A stretch of DNA of 64,000 bases from an uncultured Candidatus Rokubacteria bacterium (GCA_963758635.1 CAVWWD010000003.1:800001-864000), one strand, 5' to 3'; positions 20,101-30,570 are shown, counted from the first letter of the stretch. Program-made: numbers and translations. The notes: generated by a model from the sequence alone, not told the origin.

Positions 20101-21146
20101 GCCTGTCCGTCGTCTTCGTCACCCACGCCGGCCCCGCGATCGGCCTCGGCCACGAGCGGCGCTGCCTCGCGCTGGCGAGCGCCTGGGCCGCCGAGCGGGC
20201 GGAGATCCGGTTCGTGATCGCGCCCGACGACGGGTCGGCGGCCCGGCTCGGACGCGCGAGCGGCTCCCTGGTGCGCCTGGGCGCCGCCGGCGTGGCCGTG
20301 ACCGCGCTCGCGTGGGACCGCGAGCCCGAGCGCGCCCGCGACACGCTCACCCGCCTCGCGCCCGACGTGCTCGTGGTGGACTCGTACGCCGCCTCGACGG
20401 AGTTCCTGGCGTCGCTGCGCGAGACGTGCGGCCGGCTCGTCGCCATCGACGACGTGGCCGACCGGCGGCTCCCCGTCCACGTGGTCGTCAACGGCGGCGT
20501 GGCCGCGGAGTCGCTGCCGTACGAGCGCGCGAGCGCCACGCGGTTCCTGCTCGGGGCGCGCTACGCCCTGATCGATCCGCGCTTCGCCGCCGCCCGGCCG
20601 CCGCGGTCGCGCGGGCGGGTGGACCGCGTGCTGGTGTCGCTCGGCGGCGGGCGCCCGGGCCCGGCGCTCCACGCGGCCCTCGCCGCCGTGGAGACGCAGG
20701 TGACGGACGCCGAGGTCGACGTGGTGGTCGGCCCGTTCGCCGGCCCGGGCCTGCCCGGCGGATTGCGCAAGAACCGCCTCGTGCTCCATCGCGACCCGCC
20801 CGACATGCAGCGCCTCATGCAGGGCGCCGACCTCGCCATCTCCGGCGCCGGGGTCACGCTGTACGAGCTGGCCGCCACGGGCACCCCGACGGTGGCGGTG
20901 CAGATGGCCGACAACCAGGCGGCCAACGCCACGGCCTTCGGCAACGCGGGCGCGGCCGTGCTCGCCGGAGACGCCGCGTCGCCGCGTCTGCCCGAGGCGC
21001 TGGCCGACGCGGTGGGCCGCCTGGTCGAGAGCCCGGCGCACCGGTCCGGCCTCGCCGGCCGCGCGCGCGACCTGGTCGACGGCGCCGGGGCCATCCGCGC
21101 GGCCCGCGAGATCGGCGGCCGGATCGGGTCGGCGATGGCCCGGTGA
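20097..21146 (+). CDS. pseG: PseG/SpsG-like UDP-sugar hydrolase
   Basis: IGLGHERRCLALA, VVDSY, GAGVTLYE, ADNQ and LVDGAG motifs. Confidence 0.8.
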   Translation: MSLSVVFVTHAGPAIGLGHERRCLALASAWAAERAEIRFVIAPDDGSAARLGRASGSLVRLGAAGVAVTALAWDREPERARDTLTRLAPDVLVVDSYAASTEFLASLRETCGRLVAIDDVADRRLPVHVVVNGGVAAESLPYERASATRFLLGARYALIDPRFAAARPPRSRGRVDRVLVSLGGGRPGPALHAALAAVETQVTDAEVDVVVGPFAGPGLPGGLRKNRLVLHRDPPDMQRLMQGADLAISGAGVTLYELAATGTPTVAVQMADNQAANATAFGNAGAAVLAGDAASPRLPEALADAVGRLVESPAHRSGLAGRARDLVDGAGAIRAAREIGGRIGSAMAR

Positions 21147-22189
21147 TGGACGCGATCGAGATCGGCGGCCGGCGCGTGGGGGCGGGGGCGCCGTGCTTCG
21201 TCATCGCCGAGGCGGGCGCCAACCACAACCGGAGCCTCGCCATGGGCCGCGAGCTGATCGACGCCGCGGCCGAGGCCGGCGCCGACGCGGTGAAGTTCCA
21301 GACCTACTCGGCGGAGACGCTCTACTCGCGGAAGACGCCGCGCTTCTCGTACCTGGAGGGGGTCAGCGACAAGGACACCTGGGACCTCATCAAGGAGATC
21401 GAGCTGCCGCGCGAGTGGCAGGCCGACCTCTCCGCCTACGCCGCGCGGCGGGGCATCCCGTTCTTCTCGAGCCCGTTCGACCATCGCGCCGTGGACGAGC
21501 TCGACGCGCTCGGCGTGCCCGCGTTCAAGATCGCCTCCTTCGAGATCGTGGACCTGCCGCTCATCCGTCACGCCGCCGCCAAGGGCCGGCCCCTCATCGT
21601 GTCCACCGGCCTGGCCACGCTGGAGGACATCGACGACGCGCTCGGGGCGTGCCGGGCCGCCGGCAACGAGCAGGTGGCGCTGCTCCAGTGCGCCTCGCTC
21701 TACCCCGCGCCCCCCGCCGTCATGAACCTGCGCGCGATGGAGACCATGCGCCGGGCCTTCGGCGTCCCGGTGGGGCTGTCCGACCACACCCGCGGCATCC
21801 ACGTCGCGGTGGCCGCGGCCGGGCTCGGGGCCGCGCTCGTCGAGAAGCACTTCACGCTGAACCGCGCGCTCCCCGGGCCCGATCATCCGTTCGCGGTGGA
21901 GCCTCGCGAGCTCGCCGCGATGGTGAGCCAGATCCGCGAGGTCGAGGCCGCGCTCGGCGACGGCCGCAAGCGCGGGCCGGCGCCGGAAGAGATGGAGATG
22001 CACGAGAAGGCCCGCCGGAGCCTCGTGGCCGCGCGCTTCATCGCCCGGGGCGCCACGATCGAGCGGGACATGATCGCGATCAAGCGGCCGGGCTTCGGGA
22101 TCCGCCCCAAGATGCTCGACCTGGTCGTCGGGCGCGTGGCGCGCGTCGACATCGAGGAGGACACCGTGCTCACGTGGGAGCTCCTGTGA
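21146..22189 (+). CDS. pseI: Nonulosonic acid synthase (PseI/NeuB) with SAF domain
   Basis: IAEAGANHN, KIASFE, GLSDHT and EKHFTL motifs. Confidence 0.88.
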   Translation: MDAIEIGGRRVGAGAPCFVIAEAGANHNRSLAMGRELIDAAAEAGADAVKFQTYSAETLYSRKTPRFSYLEGVSDKDTWDLIKEIELPREWQADLSAYAARRGIPFFSSPFDHRAVDELDALGVPAFKIASFEIVDLPLIRHAAAKGRPLIVSTGLATLEDIDDALGACRAAGNEQVALLQCASLYPAPPAVMNLRAMETMRRAFGVPVGLSDHTRGIHVAVAAAGLGAALVEKHFTLNRALPGPDHPFAVEPRELAAMVSQIREVEAALGDGRKRGPAPEEMEMHEKARRSLVAARFIARGATIERDMIAIKRPGFGIRPKMLDLVVGRVARVDIEEDTVLTWELL

Positions 22190-22665
22190 GCCCCGCCGCG
22201 CCCGCGCGCTACGTGCGCCTGCGCGGCGCGCTCCTCGCCGACTCGGAGCGCGTCTGGGTGTGGCGCAACGACCCCGAGACGCGCGCGGCGTCCTTCGACC
22301 CGGCGGCCATCCCGTGGGAGACGCACGAGGAGTGGTTCCGCGAGACGCTGAGCCGCCACGACCGGCGCCTGTACATCGTGGTCGCCGACGGCACGGACAC
22401 CGGCGTGGTGCGTCTCGACGTGGTCGACGCGGAGGCGGAGGTGAGCATCCACCTGGCCCCCGAGGCGCGCTACCGCGGGATCGGCGCGCTGGCCCTCCGC
22501 GCCGTCGTCGGCGAGGCGTTCGACGGCCTCGGGCTCACGCGCGTGTACGGCAGCATCCGGCCCGACAACCAGCCGTCGCTCGCGGCGTTCGCCAAGGCCG
22601 GCTTCGGCCTCATGCAGACGGGCAACGTGGTGACGGCGGTGAAGTCCACGCGGGACCTGCCGTGA
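22186..22665 (+). CDS. pseH: GNAT acetyltransferase, PseH-like
   Basis: WRNDPETR...IPWETHEEWF and YRGIG motifs. Confidence 0.7.
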   Translation: MSPAAPARYVRLRGALLADSERVWVWRNDPETRAASFDPAAIPWETHEEWFRETLSRHDRRLYIVVADGTDTGVVRLDVVDAEAEVSIHLAPEARYRGIGALALRAVVGEAFDGLGLTRVYGSIRPDNQPSLAAFAKAGFGLMQTGNVVTAVKSTRDLP

Positions 22666-23436
22666 AGGGTCTCGGCTACTGGACGCTCACCGGCGCCAAG
22701 CGCGTGCGCGGCGGCCTCGTCGACCATCTCCGCGGCACGCCGCTCTGGGGCCCGCTCCGCGCCGCCTTCCACGCCGTGTCGCCGCTCTGGCGCAACGCGC
22801 TCGTCCGCCGCGCCACCGTGGCGGTGCGCGGGCCCATCTACCGCGCCGATCCGCGCGGCTACTGGCAGCGCGAGGGCGGCCGGCGCTACCTGCAGGACGA
22901 GGCGCACATCCTGGGGCCGGGCTCGCTCACCGAGCGGCAAGGGGAGTTCCTCGCCGCCGCCATCGCCGATCTCGGGGCGAAGAGCGTGCTCGAGGTGGGC
23001 GTCGGCTACGGCCGGCTCCTCCGTGAGATCGGCGCGCGGCTGCCCGTCCGCCTCGCCGGCGCCGACTTCAGCGAGCCGCAGCTCCACGCGGCCCGCGAGT
23101 ACCTCGCGCCCGCGGCGCCGCCGCTGGTCCTGGCCGACGCCACGCGCGGGCTCCCGTTCGGCGACCGGAGCTTCGACCTCGTGTACACGCAGGGCTCGCT
23201 GATGCACGTGCCGCCGCCCGGCGACCGCGCGTACCGCGCCGAGCTGGCCCGGGTGGCCCGGCGCTTCGTGGTCCACACGGAGGACGTGCAGGAGACCGAG
23301 AGCACGTTCGCCCACGACAACGCCGGGCAGTACCGCGAGCTGGGGCTCCGCGTGCGCCGCGACGAGCCGTACGCGCTCGAACATGCCGGGGCAGCGGATG
23401 CGCTTCCAGGTGTTCGAGCGCGCGGGCGGCGGCTGA
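22662..23436 (+). CDS. Class I SAM methyltransferase; frameshift near 23380
   Basis: VLEVGVGYG and LPFGDRSFDLVY motifs. Confidence 0.8.
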
Positions 23437-23471
23437 TCGCGTGATCTCGTCGTCATCGGGGCCGGCGGCTG

Positions 23472-24458
23472 ATGCGTCTCCTCGTCATCGGCACGGGCTC
23501 GATCGGCACGCGCCACGGCCGGAACCTCGTCGCGCTCGGCCAGGACGTGACGGCGTGGGACGCCGATCCCGCGCGTCTCGCCAGCCTCGCCGCGCTCCCG
23601 GGCGTGACGCGGGCGGCGAGTCTCGAGGCGGGGCTGGCCGCGCGGCCGGACGCGGTGGTGGTGTGCACGCCGCCCGCCACGCACGTGGCGCTCGCCCGGC
23701 GGGCCGTCGAGGCGGGCGCCCACGTCTTCGTCGAGAAGCCCGTCGCGCCGGTGTCCGACGAGGTGCCCGAGCTGATCGACCTCGCGCGCCGGCACGGCCG
23801 CGTGCTGATGGTGGGCTTCAACCTGCGGTTCTTGCCGAGCCTCGCCCGGGTCAAGGCCCTGCTCGACGCCGGCCGGATCGGCCGCGTCCACGCCGTGCGC
23901 GCGGAGTTCGGCTTCCATCTCCCGGACTGGCGGCCCGGGCGCGACTACCGCGACAACTACGCGGTGAGCCGGGAGATGGGCGGCGGCATCCTGCTCGACG
24001 CCATCCACGAGCTGGACTACCTGGGCTGGATGCTCGGCGACGTGACCGAGGTGTTCTGCGCGGCGGCCCACGTGTCGGACCTGGCCGGCGACACCGAGGA
24101 CCTCGCCGAGATCACGCTCCGCTTCGCGGGCGGCGCGCTCGGCCAGGTCCACCTCGACTACATCCGCCGCGCGTATCGCCGCACGCTCGAGCTGATCGGC
24201 GCGGCCGGCGTGATCGAGTGGGAGTACCCGGCGTGCCGCGTCACCGTGCGCGGGCCCGCGCCCGACGCGGTCGAGGTGGCCCACGCGGGAGACGACGGCC
24301 CGGCGGAGGCGATGTACGTCGCGGAGATGCAGCACTTCCTCCACTGCTGCGAGGGACGCGCCGTGCCGCGGGTGGACGGCGACGAGGCGCTCCGCTCGCT
24401 GCGGCTCGTCGAGGCGGCCAAGGCGTCGGCGGCGAGCGGCGGCTGGGTGAAGCCCTGA
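23472..24458 (+). CDS. Gfo/Idh/MocA NAD-dependent oxidoreductase
   Basis: GTGSIG, VEKP and GGGILLDAIHELD motifs. Confidence 0.9.
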   Translation: MRLLVIGTGSIGTRHGRNLVALGQDVTAWDADPARLASLAALPGVTRAASLEAGLAARPDAVVVCTPPATHVALARRAVEAGAHVFVEKPVAPVSDEVPELIDLARRHGRVLMVGFNLRFLPSLARVKALLDAGRIGRVHAVRAEFGFHLPDWRPGRDYRDNYAVSREMGGGILLDAIHELDYLGWMLGDVTEVFCAAAHVSDLAGDTEDLAEITLRFAGGALGQVHLDYIRRAYRRTLELIGAAGVIEWEYPACRVTVRGPAPDAVEVAHAGDDGPAEAMYVAEMQHFLHCCEGRAVPRVDGDEALRSLRLVEAAKASAASGGWVKP

Positions 24459-25251
24459 TGCCGGCGCGCGTGGTCGCGATCATCCAGGCCCGGCTCGGCT
24501 CGACGCGGCTGCCCGGCAAGACGCTGGCCGACATCGGCGGCCGCCCGATGCTCGCCCACGTGGTCGAGCGCGTCCGCGCCACGCCCGGGATCGACGCGGT
24601 GGTGATCGCCACGACGACGCGCCCGTCGGATGACCCGCTGGTCGACTGGGCCTCGCGCGCCGGGCTGGCGTGCGCGAGGGGCAGCGAGGAGGACGTCCTC
24701 GACCGGTTCCGGACGGCGCTGTCGATGCATCCGGCGGATGCCGTCGTGCGCGTGACGCCGGACTGCCCTCTCCTCGACCCCGACGTGGCCGGGCGGGTCG
24801 TGGCGACGTGGCGCGACGCCGGCGGCGCGCTCGACTACGTCAGCAACGTCCACCCGCCCACGTTCCCGGACGGCCTCGACACCGAGGTGATCTCCCGGCG
24901 CGCGCTCGCTCGCGGCATCGGCGCGAGGCCACCGACCCCGCGGACCGCGAGCACGTCACGCCGTTCGTGTGGCGCCAGCCCGACCGGTTCCCCGCCGGGC
25001 GCGTCGAGCACTCCACGGACCTCTCGGCGCTTCGCTGGACCGTCGACACGCCGGCCGACCTCGCCTTCGTGCGCGCGGTCCACGAGCGCCTGGCGCCGCC
25101 GGGCGGGACCGGTACGGGATGGCCGCCGTGCTCGCCGTGCTCGATCGCGAGCCCGGAGCTCGCGGCGATCAACGCGGGCCAGACGCGCAACGAGGGCTAC
25201 GCGCGGTCCGTCGCCGCGTCGCGCGCCCGCGCGGAGGAGGCGCGGCGGTGA
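24458..25251 (+). CDS. spsF: SpsF-type cytidylyltransferase; frameshifts near 24915 and 25105
   Basis: IIQARLGSTRLPGK, RGSEEDVLDRF, DREHVTP and RWTVDT motifs. Confidence 0.85.
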
Positions 25252-26537
25252 CGCGGTCCTTCGAGCGCTCGCTCGAGATGCTGGCCCGCGCGCGAGCGGG
25301 TCGTGCCCGGCGCCTCGCAGACCCTGAGCAAGGGCCCGGCGATGTTCGTGGAGGGCGCGTATCCCGTGTTCCTCCAGCGCGGCCGGGGCTGCCGCGTGTG
25401 GGACGTGGACGGCAACGAGTACGTCGACTACATCCTGGGCCTCGCGTCGATCACGCTCGGCTACGCGTACCCGGCGATCACCGAGGCGGTGGCGCGCCAG
25501 GTCGCCGAGGGCAGCATCTTCTCGCTGCCGCACCCGCTGGAGGTCGAGGTGGCCGAGCGCCTCACCGAGGTCATCCCGTGCGCGGAGATGGCGCGCTTCG
25601 TGAAGACGGGCTCGGAGGCGGACGCCGCCGCCGTCCGCATCGCGCGCGCGGCCACCGGCCGCGAGCGAATCGTCTGTCTGCGGCTACCACGGCTGGCTGG
25701 ACTGGCACGCGATCACCACGCCGCGCGCGAAGGGCATCCCGAAGGACTTCGCGCGGTTCGTCGCGCCCTTCGCCTACAACGACCTGGACTCGCTGGAGGC
25801 CGCGCTGGACGAGCACCGCGGGCAGGTGGCCGCCGTCATCATGGAGCCCGTGCTGCTGGACGAGCCGCGCCCGGGCTTCCTCGCCGGGGTCAAGGCCGCC
25901 GCGCACCGGCACGGCGCGCTCCTCATCTTCGACGAGATCGTGTCGGGCTTCCGCTGGGCGGTGGGCGGCGCGCAGGAGCGCTTCGGCGTGGCGCCGGACC
26001 TCGCCACGTTCGGCAAGGGCATGGCCAACGGCCTGCCCGCTCGCCGCGGTGGTGGGCCGGCGCGAGCTCATGCGCGAGTTCGACGAGGTGTTCGTGTCGA
26101 GCACGTTCGGCGGCGACACGCTGGCCCTCGCCGCGTGCCGCGCCACGCTCGACGAGTACGCGCGCCAGCCCGTGATCGCGCGCCTGTGGGAGATGGGCCG
26201 GCGGTTCCAGGACGGCTTCCGGGCCATCGCGGCGCGGCTCGGCGTGCCCGCCCGCTGCGTCGGCTATCCCGTGCATCCGAAGATCGTCATCGACCACGAG
26301 AGCGAGCGCGTCCAGCGACTGCTGACGAGCCTCTTCCTCCAGGAGACGGCCGAGCGCGGCGTCATCTTCCACTTCGCCGGCTTCAACGTCTCGTTCTCCC
26401 ACACGGAGGCGAACGTCGACGCGAGCCTCGAGGCCTGCGCGGGCGCGCTCGCCGTGGTGGGCGAGGCGATGGCCGACGGCCGCGTGGCCGAGCGCCTCCG
26501 CGGCCAGCCCTACCAGGAGGCGTTCCGCCGCTCGTGA
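25248..26537 (+). CDS. Class III PLP aminotransferase (glutamate-semialdehyde aminomutase-like); frameshifted
   Basis: PGASQTLSK, DVDGNEYVD, GYHGW, IFDEIVSGFR, GKGMANG and SSTFGG motifs. Confidence 0.85.
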   Translation: MTRSFERSLEMLARARAGRARRLADPEQGPGDVRGGRVSRVPPARPGLPRVGRGRQRVRRLHPGPRVDHARLRVPGDHRGGGAPGRRGQHLLAAAPAGGRGGRAPHRGHPVRGDGALREDGLGGGRRRRPHRARGHRPRANRLSAATTAGWTGTRSPRRARRASRRTSRGSSRPSPTTTWTRWRPRWTSTAGRWPPSSWSPCCWTSRARASSPGSRPPRTGTARSSSSTRSCRASAGRWAARRSASAWRRTSPRSARAWPTACPLAAVVGRRELMREFDEVFVSSTFGGDTLALAACRATLDEYARQPVIARLWEMGRRFQDGFRAIAARLGVPARCVGYPVHPKIVIDHESERVQRLLTSLFLQETAERGVIFHFAGFNVSFSHTEANVDASLEACAGALAVVGEAMADGRVAERLRGQPYQEAFRRS

Positions 26538-27721
26538 CGCGCATCGCGTTCCTGATCAAGCGGAAGAACTACTACCGCGTGCTCGGCGCCGTGGTGGAGG
26601 AGGCGCTCCGCCGCGGGTGGGCGGTGGAGTGCTGGCACGACCACGCCCAGGCGCGCGACGGGTGGAAGGGGCACGAGTTCCCCGACCACGTTCCCGCGTT
26701 CGCCGCCGGCGCTCCGCGGGTGATCCCGTTCCAGGGAACGTCCGAGCTCGCCGAGCGCTTCGAGGTGGACCCGCCCGACGCCGTGGTCTGCGTGGACCCG
26801 CCCGAGCCCGAGGTGGCGGCGGTGACGAAGGCGCGCTGGTTCTGGCTCCAGTTCGCCGCGGACCTCGTGCTCCATCCCCACGCGCCGCGCGGGCTGCGCG
26901 ACGCCACCGCGGTGGGCGTGTACAGCCCCTGGTGGACGCGGCGCCTCCGCCGGAACTTCAGCGAGGACCTGGGCGCAGCGAGCATCCGCGACAAGGCGGT
27001 GCCGGTCGGCATGCCCATGCTCGACCTGGTCGCAGGGATCGATCCGGACAAGGTGCGCTGGACGTACGGGCTGCCGTGCGACCGTCCGCTCGTCCTCTAC
27101 CTCCCGTACCCGATCCTCTCCACGGAGCCGCGCCCGTGGCTGCGGCGGGCCGTCGGCGGCTGGACGCGCGCGGCGCGCGCCGTCAACCGCCGCCTCCGCC
27201 CGCCCCGGACGGACCGGCGCATCGTGGAGGCGCTCTCCGCGTTCTGCGCGCGTCAGGGCGCCGCCCTCGTGGTGAAGGGACGGATCAAGGACCCGAGCCC
27301 GCCCTATCTCAAGCGCGCCGCGGACGCCCACTTCGAGGACCAGCCCTACCACCCACCGGTGATCCTCGAGCTGCTGCGCTGCGCCTCGCTCTCCGTGCAC
27401 TACTACAGCACCGCCGTGCTGGAGTCCGTCTACGCGGGCGTGCCGAGCCTCTGCCTCGGCCCCGAGCCGCGCGACATGGGCCTCGACCGCGGCAACGCCA
27501 CGCTGATCCACAACGGGCGGCCGGGCGGGATCTACAACTGGGCGGGCGCCGCGCACTGGCGGCCCCTCGCCGAGGCCGCCGACGTGCTCGGCCGCTCCCG
27601 CCTTGCCGACTTCCCGTTGGAGGCCGAGGCCCGGCGCCGCTACGTGGCGGAGTTCCTCGGCCCAGACGACGGGCGCGCTTCCGTGCGCTTCCTGGACCTC
27701 GTGGCCGATCGGCTGGCCTGA
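26534..27721 (+). CDS. Putative GT-B transferase, candidate CMP-nonulosonate transferase
   Basis: VGMPMLD, YSTAVLES and DGRASVR resemble the TagF/sialyltransferase-like fold; lies directly after the NulO genes. Confidence 0.5.
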   Translation: MTRIAFLIKRKNYYRVLGAVVEEALRRGWAVECWHDHAQARDGWKGHEFPDHVPAFAAGAPRVIPFQGTSELAERFEVDPPDAVVCVDPPEPEVAAVTKARWFWLQFAADLVLHPHAPRGLRDATAVGVYSPWWTRRLRRNFSEDLGAASIRDKAVPVGMPMLDLVAGIDPDKVRWTYGLPCDRPLVLYLPYPILSTEPRPWLRRAVGGWTRAARAVNRRLRPPRTDRRIVEALSAFCARQGAALVVKGRIKDPSPPYLKRAADAHFEDQPYHPPVILELLRCASLSVHYYSTAVLESVYAGVPSLCLGPEPRDMGLDRGNATLIHNGRPGGIYNWAGAAHWRPLAEAADVLGRSRLADFPLEAEARRRYVAEFLGPDDGRASVRFLDLVADRLA

Positions 27722-27758
27722 GGCGGGTGAGATGGACGGGCGCTCCTGCGTCGGCGTC

Positions 27759-27856
27759 GGGATCGTGAATGAACGGCGAAGCGGCACGCCGCGTGTCCGC
27801 AGAATCGCGATGTTGGCCCGCTCGCTGAAGCCGAGAGCCGCGTTCCTTCACAACCT
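27759..27856 (+). mobile_element. Repeat family B (MITE-like), copy 1, flanked by CGTC
   Basis: Imperfect TIR GGGATCGTGAATGAA / TTCCTTCACAACCT; core CGCAGAATCGCGATGTTGGCCCGCTCG. Confidence 0.75.
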
Positions 27857-27882
27857 CGTCGGGCGGGTCTGAGGGGCGGCGG

Positions 27883-28650
27883 ATGCACTGGCGGGACCTC
27901 GTGTGCCGGCGGCGCCTGCAGCTCCTCGACCGCGTCGGGCTCAACCGGGGCTGGCTCCGCGAGCTCTCGGGCTACTACCGCGGCATGACCGAGCAGGAGT
28001 TCTGGGTCCGCTACACGCTGGGCCGCATGGATGCGGCCACGCTGTGGGAGCGGAAGCCGCGCACGTCGGAGGCGGACTACCGGTCGTTCTACGCGGAGAG
28101 CGACTACTGGGTGCTCCGGCAGATGTACTACCACCGCGCGAGCTGCTTCCACTGGATCGCGCGGACGCTCGCCGCCGCCTCCACCGCGGGCGACTTCTGC
28201 GAGTACGGCTGCGGCGTGGCCCCCGTCACCGCGTGGCTCCGCCCGCGCTTTCCCGGCTGGCGCTATACCCTCGTCGACGTGCCGTCGGCCATGCTCGAGT
28301 TCGCGCGCTGGCGCTTCCGGGGCGTGGCGTCGGTGGACGCTGCGGCGCCCGGGCTCGGCGCCGACCTGCCGCTGGCGCGCGCCTACGACGCCATCGCGTG
28401 CCTCGAGGTGCTGGAGCACGTGGTGAGCCCGCTCACCGTGGTGCGGCACCTCGTGGACCACCTGAAGCCGGGCGGCGCGCTGTTCCTGAACTTCGTCGAC
28501 GAGGCGGGAGGCGACGAGAACCTCGCCGAGGCGGCGGCGGAGCGCTCGGCCACCATCGAGTACCTGAACGCGACGCTCGAGGGCGTCACGCCGCTCGCCA
28601 TCCGGGGCGCCGACGTGATCCACGGCCACTATGTCAAGCCGCGCCGCTGA
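27883..28650 (+). CDS. Class I SAM methyltransferase
   Basis: EYGCGVA, EVLEHV and LKPGG motifs. Confidence 0.85.
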   Translation: MHWRDLVCRRRLQLLDRVGLNRGWLRELSGYYRGMTEQEFWVRYTLGRMDAATLWERKPRTSEADYRSFYAESDYWVLRQMYYHRASCFHWIARTLAAASTAGDFCEYGCGVAPVTAWLRPRFPGWRYTLVDVPSAMLEFARWRFRGVASVDAAAPGLGADLPLARAYDAIACLEVLEHVVSPLTVVRHLVDHLKPGGALFLNFVDEAGGDENLAEAAAERSATIEYLNATLEGVTPLAIRGADVIHGHYVKPRR

Positions 28651-29428
28651 GACGCCCGCCGCGCCGGCCCTGGCCGGCCGCCTCGAGGCGTACTACACCC
28701 GCTACTACCGGGACGCCCTCGGCATTCCCGGCTGGCGCGAGCTCGTGGCGGTGCGCCTCGACGACCTCGCGTACGAGGGACAGCGGCTGGCCCGGCTCGA
28801 GGCCGCCATCGAGCGCACGGTCGACGGGCTCGCGGTGCTGAACGTCGGCTGCGGGACGGGCGGCTTCAACGCGGTCGCCGCGAAGGCCGGCGCCGCCGTC
28901 TGCGGGGTGGATCCCTCCGGCGAGGCCGTGGCGATCGCCGCGGCGCGGCTTCCCGGCGGGGTGCTGCGCGCCGCCGCCGAGGACCTTCCGTTCGCGGACG
29001 CGAGCTTCGACCTCGTGTACTGCTACTCCACGCTCGAGCACGTGGCCGACGCGCGGCGCGCGACGTCCGAGATGGTCCGCGTGCTCCGGCCCGGCGGCCT
29101 CGTCTACCTGCACACGCCGAGCCGCTGGGGCTGCTTCGAGACGCATTACAAGGTGCTCTGGCTCCCCGGGCTGCCCGCCGCCGCGCAGGCGGCCTACCTG
29201 CGCCTTCGCCGCCGGCCCACCGCGTTCCTCGGCACGCTCCGGCTCTCGTCCCTCGCCGAGTGCCGCGGGCTCCTCGCCGGCGCGGGCGCGCGCGTCGTCC
29301 GCGTCCTCGACGACGGCGCGCGCCGGCCGGTCCCGACCCGAGCGTGGCCGCTCATCCGCGCCTACTACCGGCTCTCCGGCGTCCAGCCCCACGTGGAGCT
29401 GGTCGCGGTGAAGGGCGCGCGCGCGTGA
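28631..29428 (+). CDS. Class I SAM methyltransferase
   Basis: LNVGCGTGG and LPFADASFDLV motifs. Confidence 0.88.
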   Translation: MSSRAAETPAAPALAGRLEAYYTRYYRDALGIPGWRELVAVRLDDLAYEGQRLARLEAAIERTVDGLAVLNVGCGTGGFNAVAAKAGAAVCGVDPSGEAVAIAAARLPGGVLRAAAEDLPFADASFDLVYCYSTLEHVADARRATSEMVRVLRPGGLVYLHTPSRWGCFETHYKVLWLPGLPAAAQAAYLRLRRRPTAFLGTLRLSSLAECRGLLAGAGARVVRVLDDGARRPVPTRAWPLIRAYYRLSGVQPHVELVAVKGARA

Positions 29429-30570
29429 GGATCTGCTCTCCCCACTGCGGCATCGACCCGGGCACCAACTCCGGCGGGGAGACCTACGAGCGCGAGCTGC
29501 TCCGGCACCTGGCCGCGCGCGGCCACGTCATCGACATCATGCTGGCGCGCCACAAGCGCCACCCGGAGGGCGTGCGGAACTGGGCCATCCACCGGCTCCC
29601 CATCGGGCGGGGCCTGGTGTGGCCGGTGGCGATGGCGCTCCTGCCCCCGCTGATCGCGCGCCTGCACGCGCGCACGCGCTTCGACCTCCTGCGCGCGCAC
29701 TCGCTGCGCTTCATCGGGCCCGCCGCCCTCATCGCGCGGCGGCGCTACCGGCTGCCCGTGCCCGTCGTGGCCCACCATCACCACCTGGACCCGGACCGGC
29801 TGAACCGGCTGATCGAGGCGCGGGTGATGCGCGCGGCCGAGCGCGTGGTGGTGGGCAGCGAGTTCGCGCGCCGGCAGGCCGCGGCGGAGCTGTCCGTGGC
29901 GCCGGAGCGCTTCGCGGTGGTGCCGTACGGGGTGGACCCCCGCTTCCAGCGCGGGCCGCGCCCGGAGCGGCTCGTCGCGCGCCACGGGCTCGGGGGCAAG
30001 CTCGTCACGCTCTACCTGGGCGGGCTGAAGGAGCGGAAGAACCTCTTCTTCCTCCTCGACTGCTGGGCGGACGTGGCGCGCGAGCGCCCCGACGCCCACC
30101 TGCTGGTGGCCGGGTCCGGGCCGCTCGGCCAGCGCCTCACGCGCCACGCGGCGGGCCTGGGCCTCGAGGGGCGCGTCACCTTCGCCGGCTACGTGGCGGA
30201 GGAGGAGAAGGTCGACTACTACAACGTGGCCGACGCGTTCTTCTTCCCCTCCGCCATGGAAGGCTTCGGCCTCACCGTGGCCGAGGCGATGTCGTGCGGC
30301 GTGCCGGTGGTGGCGTCGAACCGCGGCTCGCTGCCCGAGGTGGTGGACGACGGCGAGAGCGGCCTCCTCGGCGACCCGGAGGACCGCGGCGACATGGCCG
30401 GCAAGCTCGCGCTCCTGCTCTCCGACCCGGCGCTGCGCGCCAAGCTCGGGGCCGCCGGCCGCGCGCGCGTCGAGCGCGACTTCCGGTGGGAGCGCTGCGC
30501 CGAGGCGACCGCGCGGGTGTACGAGGACGTGCTGGATGACTGGCGGAGCCGTCGCGCTCAGGCTGGATGA
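29425..30570 (+). CDS. GT4 glycosyltransferase
   Basis: EGFGLTVAEAMSCG motif. Confidence 0.9.
   Translation: MRICSPHCGIDPGTNSGGETYERELLRHLAARGHVIDIMLARHKRHPEGVRNWAIHRLPIGRGLVWPVAMALLPPLIARLHARTRFDLLRAHSLRFIGPAALIARRRYRLPVPVVAHHHHLDPDRLNRLIEARVMRAAERVVVGSEFARRQAAAELSVAPERFAVVPYGVDPRFQRGPRPERLVARHGLGGKLVTLYLGGLKERKNLFFLLDCWADVARERPDAHLLVAGSGPLGQRLTRHAAGLGLEGRVTFAGYVAEEEKVDYYNVADAFFFPSAMEGFGLTVAEAMSCGVPVVASNRGSLPEVVDDGESGLLGDPEDRGDMAGKLALLLSDPALRAKLGAAGRARVERDFRWERCAEATARVYEDVLDDWRSRRAQAG

Noticed and set aside
25248..26537. hemL (tetrapyrrole synthesis)
   Set aside because: Same fold, but it is coupled to spsF within a sugar operon and has no hem genes nearby.
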